NCBI GenBank assembly: GCA_946560065.1
Contig: CAMNUE010000001.1
Location: 62,805-126,804 of the forward strand
Length of the DNA stretch: 64,000 nucleotides
Direction of reading: 5' to 3'
Source: an uncultured bacterium
Lineage (GTDB): Bacteria; Bacillota_I; Bacilli_A; RF39; UBA660
Positions 8,885-16,070 of the stretch are shown here, piece after piece (position 1 is the first letter of the stretch; each line of letters opens with the position of its first letter). Position numbers and translations under genes: made by a program. Below the pieces are notes generated by a model, which was not told the origin of the DNA, did no database searches, and saw only the letters and a program-made list of their open reading frames with translations.

Positions 8885-9663
8885 TAGAAAAGGTTAATCC
8901 AAAGCACCCAGATAAAATTGCAGATAGAATTGCAGGTGCAATAGTTGATTTAGGATATAAGTTACAAGACAATCCTAAAATAGCAGTTGAGGTTTTAATA
9001 GGACATGGAGTTTGCTATGTAATTGTTGAAACATCAGTAGATTTTAATAAGGAAGATATAGAAAATATCATCACAAGAATAGCAGGAGATATGACAAAAG
9101 ATATCGTATTAGTTCCACAAGATATACACTTATCTAAAAACCAAGAGAAAGAGATAAGATGTGGAGATAATGGAATATTTAAAGGGACACCTTTAACTGA
9201 CGAGCAAAAGAAGTTATCTGAAATTGCTCGTTTTATTTATGAAAAATATCCAAGCGATGGTAAGTACATTTTAGATAATGAAAAACTAATTATTTGTCAA
9301 AGCAATTGTAAGACAGAGGAATTAAAAGAATTGTATCAAGATGCAACAATCAATCCATTAGGTGATTGGACAGGAGGAACTGATGTTGATACAGGTGCTA
9401 CCAATAGAAAACTTGGTTCTGATATGGCAGATGGTGTAACTGGTGGAGGACTTCATGGTAAGGATCTGTCAAAAGCAGATGTGTCAGTAAATATTTATGC
9501 TTTCTTGAAAGCTCAAGAAACTAATGAAGTTGTGAAGATATCATGTGCTATTGGTGATAAAGAAGTAGATGGAAGACCTTATGAAGAAATAGTAAACATT
9601 GCTAAAGATTACATTGAGTCTATCGGTGGATTTGAGAAATTCGCTGAATGGGGACTTTTTTAG
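8881..9663 (+). CDS. Compact (260 aa) S-adenosylmethionine synthetase (MetK)-like protein
   Basis: Retains MetK signatures: KHPDKIADRIAGAIVD (cf. GHPDKI.DQISDA), CGDNGIF (cf. GDQG), SDGKY (cf. PDAK), GATNRKL (cf. GLTGRK), GGGLHGKDLSKADVS (cf. GGGAFSGKD.SKVDRS). About 130 aa shorter than canonical MetK. ATGA overlap with terS. Confidence 0.6.
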   Translation: MIEKVNPKHPDKIADRIAGAIVDLGYKLQDNPKIAVEVLIGHGVCYVIVETSVDFNKEDIENIITRIAGDMTKDIVLVPQDIHLSKNQEKEIRCGDNGIFKGTPLTDEQKKLSEIARFIYEKYPSDGKYILDNEKLIICQSNCKTEELKELYQDATINPLGDWTGGTDVDTGATNRKLGSDMADGVTGGGLHGKDLSKADVSVNIYAFLKAQETNEVVKISCAIGDKEVDGRPYEEIVNIAKDYIESIGGFEKFAEWGLF

Positions 9664-9675
9664 GAGGTGGATAAA

Positions 9676-10935
9676 ATGTCTAAAACAACAACAGAAATGC
9701 AACTAATATCAATTGATAAATTAGTTCCTTATGTGAATAATGCAAGGACACACTCGGCAGAACAAATATTGAAACTTCGTTCTTCACTTAGAGAGTTTGG
9801 ATTTGTTAATCCAATAATAATTGATAGAGAGTTTAATGTAATTGCTGGTCATGGAAGATTGATGGCAGCTAAAGAAGAAGGAATAGAAGAAGTACCATGT
9901 GTGTTCGTTGACTACTTAACTGATGCTCAAAAGAAAGCATATATTTTAGCAGATAACCGTATGGCAATGGATGCAGGTTGGGATGAAGAATTACTTAAAA
10001 TAGAAATGGAAGAATTACAAAATCTAGGATACGATTTAGAGTTTACTGGATTTGATGAAAAAGAACTAGCTGACTTATTTGGAGTAGATGACAAAGAAGT
10101 AAAAGAGGATGAATTTGATTTAACCGCTGCCCTTGAAAAAGCAAGTTTTGTTGAAAGAGGAGATGTGTGGTTCGTAGGAAAGCATAAGTTGATGTGTGGT
10201 GATGCAACATCAAGTGAGGATGTAGCAAAACTAATGGAAGATAAAAAAGCAAACTTAATCTTAACCGACCCACCTTACAACGTAGCTTTCAAAAGTTCTG
10301 ATGGATTAACAATCCAAAATGACAGTATGGATAATAATGACTTCTATGAGTTCTTATATTTATCCTTTAAAAATATGGCAGACCATTTGGAAAACGGTGG
10401 TGCTGCATATGTATTCCATGCTGATACAGAAGGCTTGAATTTTAGAAAAGCTTTTATAGATGCAGGATTTCATTTAGCAGGTTGTTGCATATGGGTAAAA
10501 GATAGTTTAGTACTTGGTCGTTCAGATTATCAATGGCAACATGAACCTGTTTTATATGGTTTCTTGCAAAATGGAAAACATCCATGGTATTCAGATAGAA
10601 AACAAACTACTATCTGGAACTTTGATAAGCCTAAAAAGAACTCAAATCATCCAACTTCTAAACCGCTTGATTTATTAGCTTATCCAATAAACAATTCAAC
10701 TCAGGCTAATGCAATTGTTATAGACACATTTGGTGGTAGTGGATCAACACTTATGGCTTGTGAGCAAATGAATAGAATTTGCTACACAATGGAACTTGAT
10801 GAAAAATATGCATCAGTTATTTTAAGAAGATATGTTGAAGATACTAACGATAGTGAAAATGTGTATGTAATTAGAGATGGTGTGAAGATATTGTATAAAG
10901 ATTTAGTTAAAGAGGTAGAAGTTGATAATGGATAA
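9676..10935 (+). CDS. ParB-like nuclease domain fused to N6-adenine/N4-cytosine DNA methyltransferase
   Basis: Start at ATG 9676 (AGGAGG RBS). N-terminal ParB-like motif (IIAGHGRL). LILTDPPYN (DPPY catalytic motif) and C-terminal FGGSGST SAM-binding motif. Confidence 0.85.
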   Translation: MSKTTTEMQLISIDKLVPYVNNARTHSAEQILKLRSSLREFGFVNPIIIDREFNVIAGHGRLMAAKEEGIEEVPCVFVDYLTDAQKKAYILADNRMAMDAGWDEELLKIEMEELQNLGYDLEFTGFDEKELADLFGVDDKEVKEDEFDLTAALEKASFVERGDVWFVGKHKLMCGDATSSEDVAKLMEDKKANLILTDPPYNVAFKSSDGLTIQNDSMDNNDFYEFLYLSFKNMADHLENGGAAYVFHADTEGLNFRKAFIDAGFHLAGCCIWVKDSLVLGRSDYQWQHEPVLYGFLQNGKHPWYSDRKQTTIWNFDKPKKNSNHPTSKPLDLLAYPINNSTQANAIVIDTFGGSGSTLMACEQMNRICYTMELDEKYASVILRRYVEDTNDSENVYVIRDGVKILYKDLVKEVEVDNG

Positions 10936-12301
10936 AGAACTGACACTTGCAAGTTTATTTGACGGAAGTGGTGGTTTTCCATTAGGTGGGATGTTAGCAG
11001 GGATTAAACCTGTATGGAGTTCAGAGATAGAGCCATTTGCAATAAGGGTAACAACTAAAAGATTATCCAAAGTAAAGCATTATGGCGATATTACTAAAAT
11101 AAAAGGAAATGAAGTAGAGCCCGTAGATATAATTACCTTTGGAAGTCCATGCCAGGATATGTCGATAGCGGGTAAAAGAGCAGGATTAGACGGAAGCAGG
11201 TCTAATCTTTTTTATGAAGCAATAAGAGTAGTAAAAGAAATGAGGTGTGCAACTAATGGAGAAAAGCCAAGATATATTGTCTGGGAAAATGTCACAGGAG
11301 CCTTCTCTTCAAACAAAGGGGACGACTTCAAAAGTGTCCTTGAAGAAATCTGCAAAGTCAAACATCAAGAATTGTCTATTCCTAAACCTGCAAAGTGGCA
11401 ACAAGCAGGAACGATTATGGGAGATGATTTCTCAATCGCATGGCGAGTATTTGATGCTCAGTTTTGGGGAGTTCCCCAGAGAAGAAATCGTATCTACCTT
11501 GTCGCAGATTTTGGAGGAAACAGTGCCTCAAAAATACTATTTGAGTCAGAGGGCTTGTCAGGGTATTCTAAGGAGAGCTTCAAGTCGTGGCAGGACTCTT
11601 CCAGAAACATTGAAGATAGCATTAGAGAATCAGGCAAGTTAGATTTATTTGAAAATCACTCGCAAGATTTAAGATATAAAGGACCATTGAATGTTGCACC
11701 AACAGTTCTTTCAACTTATGGAACTGGTGGCAACAATCAACCATTTATTGTTCATTCAAAAAACTATGATGTAAGATTAACATCTGAAGGTACAAAGAAT
11801 GCAAGGAATAATGTGTATGAAACAGAAACATCTAGAACTCTTGATACTAATGGAAACTTTCCAAATTCAAATCAAGGTGGAGTAGCAATTGTTTATTCGA
11901 CAAGCAAGAGTTCATTTCATATTAGAGCAAGTGAAAATCTAGCTAATACATTAATTGCAACTGACTATATGGATCCTCCAATAGTGAATGATAAGTTAAG
12001 AGTTAGAAGACTTACACCAAAAGAATGTGCAAGACTTCAAGGTTTTCCTGATTGGTGGTGTTCTAATTTAGAAACAAAAGAACCAACCAAAGAAGATATT
12101 GATTATTGGAGAGAAGTATTTAATGAAAGTTCTAAAGCAGAAGGAAAAAACAAAAAAGAAAAGACAGATAGCCAAATAATTAAATGGCTACAAAATCCTC
12201 ATTCTGATTCAGCTGAATATAAGTTATGGGGGAATGGTGTAGCACTTCCATGTGTTTACTTTGTTCTATCTGGAATCGAGTATTATGCACACATCACTTG
12301 A
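10928..12301 (+). CDS. DNA (cytosine-5)-methyltransferase
   Basis: LFDGSGG (motif I), GSPCQDMSIAG (PC motif IV), WENV (motif VI), QRRNR (motif VIII), C-terminal GNGV (motif X). Confidence 0.9.
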   Translation: MDKELTLASLFDGSGGFPLGGMLAGIKPVWSSEIEPFAIRVTTKRLSKVKHYGDITKIKGNEVEPVDIITFGSPCQDMSIAGKRAGLDGSRSNLFYEAIRVVKEMRCATNGEKPRYIVWENVTGAFSSNKGDDFKSVLEEICKVKHQELSIPKPAKWQQAGTIMGDDFSIAWRVFDAQFWGVPQRRNRIYLVADFGGNSASKILFESEGLSGYSKESFKSWQDSSRNIEDSIRESGKLDLFENHSQDLRYKGPLNVAPTVLSTYGTGGNNQPFIVHSKNYDVRLTSEGTKNARNNVYETETSRTLDTNGNFPNSNQGGVAIVYSTSKSSFHIRASENLANTLIATDYMDPPIVNDKLRVRRLTPKECARLQGFPDWWCSNLETKEPTKEDIDYWREVFNESSKAEGKNKKEKTDSQIIKWLQNPHSDSAEYKLWGNGVALPCVYFVLSGIEYYAHIT

Positions 12302-12331
12302 TAAATATGTGTTTTAGAGTGATATATGTAA
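12296..12331 (+). promoter_or_regulatory. Conserved promoter-like element, copy 1 (upstream of DUF4314 gene)
   Basis: ACTTGATAAATATGTGTTTTAGAGTGATATATGTA: a TTGATA -35-like box plus a TG-extended -10-like TGATATAT. Overlaps the dcm stop codon. Confidence 0.55.
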
Positions 12332-12349
12332 TGCAAGGAGGTAAACAAT

Positions 12350-12568
12350 ATGATGTTTCCAAAAAAAGAAATCGTTGAAAGAATACGAAAAGAATATCCA
12401 AAAGGAACAAGAGTAAGGCTTATAAAGATGGATGATATGCAGGCTCCACCACTTGGAACAGAAGGGACTGTAATTGGTGTAGATGATACTGGATCAATTA
12501 TGGTTGCCTGGGACAATGGTAGTTCTTTAAATGTTATTTACAATGTCGACAAATGTATCAAAATATAG
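12350..12568 (+). CDS. DUF4314 domain protein
   Basis: 72 aa. GTRVRLIKMDD..PPLGTEGTVIGVDDTGSIMVAWDNGSSL matches the DUF4314 pattern common on conjugative elements and phages. GGAGG RBS. Confidence 0.55.
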   Translation: MMFPKKEIVERIRKEYPKGTRVRLIKMDDMQAPPLGTEGTVIGVDDTGSIMVAWDNGSSLNVIYNVDKCIKI

Positions 12569-12598
12569 CAAAAAATATACACTTATTTTGCCTAAATG

Positions 12599-12634
12599 AC
12601 TTGATATATATGCCTTTTAGAGTGATATATATAC
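12599..12634 (+). promoter_or_regulatory. Conserved promoter-like element, copy 2 (upstream of amidoligase)
   Basis: ACTTGATATATATGCCTTTTAGAGTGATATATATA. TGATATATA occurs at 12602 and 12623, exactly 21 bp apart. Confidence 0.55.
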
Positions 12635-12676
12635 ATAACAAAAAGAGGAAATCTTATATAAAGAAAGGTGAGTAAG

Positions 12677-13633
12677 ATGAGTGAAAAAGCAATAAGACAA
12701 TCCGAAAAAATGAAAGAACAAACAATCGGAGTAGAAGTTGAAATGAATAACATAACCAGAGAGAAAGCTGCAAAGATAGCAGCCGAGTTATTTGGAACAG
12801 GCAGATATGAATACACAGATAATAGAAATGGATACTTAACATGGTCTGCCTGGTCAAGTGACGGAAGAGAATGGAAGTTTCAAAGAGATACAAGTATTTC
12901 TGGAGTAGAAAGTAAAAAATGTGAATTGGTAACACCAATATTAAAGTATGACGATATTGAAACATTACAGGAACTAATAAGACTTTTAAGGAAAGCAGGT
13001 GCAAAGAGTGATGCAACAAGAGGATGCGGAGTTCACATCCACATAGGAGCAGATGGACACACACCTCAAACAATGAGAAACCTAGCAAACATTATGGCAA
13101 GTCATGAATTGTTGATAGCAGATGCATTAAAACTTGATTCAATGAGAATGGCTAGATATTGCAGAACAGTTAATCCAGAGTTCTTAAGAGTACTTAATAG
13201 AAAGAAACCAAAGACAATGTCAAAATTCGCAGACATTTGGTATCAAACACAAAATGCTAGTTATTATAGAAATCAGCATTACAACGATAGCAGATACCAT
13301 ATGCTAAACTTCCATGCAACATTTACAAAAGGAACTATTGAATTTAGATTATTTCAATTTGATCCACCAGCAGAAGGAAAACAAAATGGACTTCATGCAG
13401 GACAATTAAAAAGCTACATTCAATTTTGCCTAGCATTAAGTCAAATGGCAAAAGATGTGAAATTTGCATCAGCCAAAAGACAACAAAATGATAATCCAAA
13501 ATATGCAATGAGAACATGGTTATTAAGATTAGGATTCATTGGAGATGAATTTAAAACAGCAAGAGATGTATTAACAAAAAGACTTGAAGGTGACACAGCA
13601 TTTAGACAAAAAAGAGTAAGCTCAAGGAGTTAG
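12677..13633 (+). CDS. Glutamine-synthetase-like amidoligase (Amidoligase_2 family)
   Basis: Start at ATG 12677 (AAAGGTGAG RBS). Motifs IGVEVEM, CGVHIHIG, RYHMLNF and GTIEFRLFQ are typical of the family as I recall it. Confidence 0.65.
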   Translation: MSEKAIRQSEKMKEQTIGVEVEMNNITREKAAKIAAELFGTGRYEYTDNRNGYLTWSAWSSDGREWKFQRDTSISGVESKKCELVTPILKYDDIETLQELIRLLRKAGAKSDATRGCGVHIHIGADGHTPQTMRNLANIMASHELLIADALKLDSMRMARYCRTVNPEFLRVLNRKKPKTMSKFADIWYQTQNASYYRNQHYNDSRYHMLNFHATFTKGTIEFRLFQFDPPAEGKQNGLHAGQLKSYIQFCLALSQMAKDVKFASAKRQQNDNPKYAMRTWLLRLGFIGDEFKTARDVLTKRLEGDTAFRQKRVSSRS

Positions 13634-13716
13634 CCTCCTGGTACTTTAATCGGCAGCATTGACTGCCCTTAAGGTGGTAGAAGGGTAATCCCTTGAAAAA
13701 GAAAGGAGGATATCTT

Positions 13717-14202
13717 ATGGAGAGGAGATATTATATAGCTTACGGTAGTAATTTAAATGTTAGACAGATGAAATACAGATGTCCAACAGCAAGGATTATT
13801 GGAACATCGGTTATTAAGGATTATGAATTATTATTTAAAGGTAGTAAGACAGGTTCTTATTTAACCATTGAAAAAAAGAAAGGCGAACAAGTACCAGTAG
13901 TAATTTGGGAAACAAAAGAAAGTGATGAACTTGCACTTGATAGATATGAAGGATGCCCACAGTTTTATTACAAAACTGAAATGTATCTTCCAATCAAAGG
14001 AATTAAATCAAAAAAGATAAGAATTAGAAAAGCCTATGTTTATATAATGCATGAAGATAGAGAACTTGGAATACCAAGTCAACATTATTTGGGAACTTGC
14101 CTTGAAGGATATTTAAGGTTTGGTTTTAATCCAGATTATTTAGTAGATGCTCTGAATAAAAGTAAAAGTGGGAGGATAGAAGATGAAGAAGGAATTGAAT
14201 AG
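13717..14202 (+). CDS. Gamma-glutamylcyclotransferase (GGCT/AIG2-like)
   Basis: Start at ATG 13717 (AGGAGG RBS). N-terminal YIAYGSNLN..M..RCP motif and downstream ..LDRYEG.. characteristic of the GGCT fold. Confidence 0.7.
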   Translation: MERRYYIAYGSNLNVRQMKYRCPTARIIGTSVIKDYELLFKGSKTGSYLTIEKKKGEQVPVVIWETKESDELALDRYEGCPQFYYKTEMYLPIKGIKSKKIRIRKAYVYIMHEDRELGIPSQHYLGTCLEGYLRFGFNPDYLVDALNKSKSGRIEDEEGIE

Positions 14203-14383
14203 GACAAGAAAATGTCCAAAATGTGGAGCAGAATATCAAGGACATCCTGCAATATCAAGAAGAGATAATAAAACACCAATATGTCCCGATTGTGGAACAA
14301 GGGAGGCACTTGAGTCAATAGGTGTTGATATTAAGGAACAAGAACACATCATTAAAACAATACATAGAACTCAAGAAAAATAA
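14183..14383 (+). CDS. Zinc-ribbon protein (66 aa), unknown function
   Basis: CPKCG ... CPDCG four-Cys ribbon. Overlaps the GGCT 3' end by 20 nt, suggesting translational coupling. Confidence 0.5.
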   Translation: MKKELNRTRKCPKCGAEYQGHPAISRRDNKTPICPDCGTREALESIGVDIKEQEHIIKTIHRTQEK

Positions 14384-14403
14384 AACTAAATAAATATTTT
14401 TTG

Positions 14404-14432
14404 AAAGCACTTCATTTATGGAGTGCTTTTTG
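14404..14432 (+). terminator. Rho-independent terminator closing the accessory cassette
   Basis: AAAGCACT-10 nt loop-AGTGCTTT followed by a T run. Lies inside the 5' extension of the listed terL ORF. Confidence 0.7.
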
Positions 14433-14452
14433 TGTGGAAGGGAGATGATAAA

Positions 14453-16054
14453 TTGAGAAAGTTAAAGAACTATAAGCCAACAAAGTTTATGGCTAAAACA
14501 AGCTACTATGATGAAGATGCAGCAGATTTTGCAGTTGCTTTTATTGAGAGCCTTTGTCATACAAAAGGAACGTGGGCAGGAAAGCACTTTGAATTAATAG
14601 ACTGGCAAGAACAAATCATCAGAGATATCTTTGGTGTACTTAAACCTAATGGATACAGACAATTCAATACTGCTTATATTGAAATTCCTAAAAAGCAAGG
14701 TAAGTCAGAACTTGCAGCGGCAGTAGCACTGTTACTAACTTGTGGTGATGGAGAAGAAAGAGCTGAAGTGTATGGGTGTGCTGCAGATAGAAACCAAGCG
14801 AAAATTGTATTTGATGTTGCAGTAGATATGGTTAAGTTCTGTCCTGCATTATCAAGAAGAGTAAAAATATTAGAGTCGCAGAAAAAACTAATATACAAAC
14901 CAACAAATAGTTCTTATCAAGTGTTATCTGCAGATGTTGCTAATAAACATGGTTTCAATACTCATGGCGTTATATTTGATGAATTACACACACAACCTAA
15001 TAGGAAATTGTATGATGTAATGACTCAAGGTTCTGGTGATGCAAGAATGCAACCTTTGTATTTCTTAATTACAACAGCAGGAAATGATACTAACTCAATT
15101 TGTTATGAAATACATCAAAAGGCAAAAGATATTGAAAAAGGAAATAAAATTGACCCTACATTTTATTCAGTAATTTATGGTGCTGATGAAAGCGAAGATT
15201 GGACTGATCCAAAAGTATGGAGAAAAGCAAATCCGTCACTTGGAATAACAGTTGCTGAGGATAAAGTAAGAGCTGCTTGTGAATCAGCACAACAAAATCC
15301 TGGAGAAGAAAATGCATTCAGGCAATTGCGACTCAACCAATGGGTAAAACAATCAATAAGATGGATGCCTATGGAAAAATGGGATTTGTGTGGTGGAAAA
15401 ATTATAGAAGAAGAATTAGAAGGTCGTGTATGTTATGGAGGATTAGACTTATCATCCACAACAGATATAACGGCTTTTTCTTTAGTCTTTCCACCAATAG
15501 ATGATGAGGAAGAATATATTGTTCTACCTTACTTTTGGATACCAGAAGATACTCTTGATTTGAGAGTTAAAAGGGATCATGTTCCTTATGATGTATGGCA
15601 AAGACAAGGTTTCTTACAAACAACTGAAGGGAATGTAGTTCATTACGGTTATATTGAAAAGTTTATAGAAAAGTTAGGAGAAAAATTTAATATTCGAGAA
15701 ATTGCATTCGATAGATGGGGAGCAGTACAGATGGTTCAAAATTTAGAGAACATGGGATTTACTGTTGTTCCATTTGGACAGGGATTTAAAGACATGAGTC
15801 CACCAACTAAAGAATTAATGAAACTAACACTTGAAAAGAAACTTCGTCATGGAGGTCATCCAATTTTAAGATGGAATATGGACAATGTCTTTATTAAAAC
15901 TGACCCTGCTGGAAATATAAAAGCAGATAAAGAAAAGTCTACTGAAAAAATAGATGGAGTAATTGCAACTATTATGGCACTTGATAGAGCAATTAGATGT
16001 GGTAGCAGTTTAAGTGAAAGTGTCTATGATAACAGAGGAATTTTATTCTTATAG
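14453..16054 (+). CDS. Terminase large subunit
   Basis: Start proposed at TTG 14453 (GAAGGGAG RBS), downstream of the terminator; ATG 14489 is an alternative. Motifs IPKKQGKSELAA (Walker A-like), VIFDELH (Walker B), and nuclease-domain GLDLSSTTD and IDGVIA. Confidence 0.9.
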   Translation: MRKLKNYKPTKFMAKTSYYDEDAADFAVAFIESLCHTKGTWAGKHFELIDWQEQIIRDIFGVLKPNGYRQFNTAYIEIPKKQGKSELAAAVALLLTCGDGEERAEVYGCAADRNQAKIVFDVAVDMVKFCPALSRRVKILESQKKLIYKPTNSSYQVLSADVANKHGFNTHGVIFDELHTQPNRKLYDVMTQGSGDARMQPLYFLITTAGNDTNSICYEIHQKAKDIEKGNKIDPTFYSVIYGADESEDWTDPKVWRKANPSLGITVAEDKVRAACESAQQNPGEENAFRQLRLNQWVKQSIRWMPMEKWDLCGGKIIEEELEGRVCYGGLDLSSTTDITAFSLVFPPIDDEEEYIVLPYFWIPEDTLDLRVKRDHVPYDVWQRQGFLQTTEGNVVHYGYIEKFIEKLGEKFNIREIAFDRWGAVQMVQNLENMGFTVVPFGQGFKDMSPPTKELMKLTLEKKLRHGGHPILRWNMDNVFIKTDPAGNIKADKEKSTEKIDGVIATIMALDRAIRCGSSLSESVYDNRGILFL

Positions 16055-16070
16055 AAGGAGATGATTAGAT

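Noticed and set aside
11247-11642. 131-aa + strand ORF in an alternative frame inside the C5 methyltransferase gene
   Set aside because: The dcm frame carries all canonical motifs across this interval, and the alternative frame has no RBS or recognisable domain. The same applies to 6977-7186, 20987-21211, 28501-28695, 41425-41676, 43070-43261 and 51026-51208.
7850-12301. HNH endonuclease plus methyltransferases as a restriction-modification system
   Set aside because: The HNH is the small terminase-associated type found upstream of terS in cos phages and is separated from the methylases by terS and the MetK-like gene. It has no target-recognition domain or other R-M architecture.
14423-14452. 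Upstream GTG start listed for the large terminase
   Set aside because: These codons are the 3' arm and T-tract of the terminator hairpin at 14404-14432. An RBS (GAAGGGAG) precedes the in-frame TTG at 14453.
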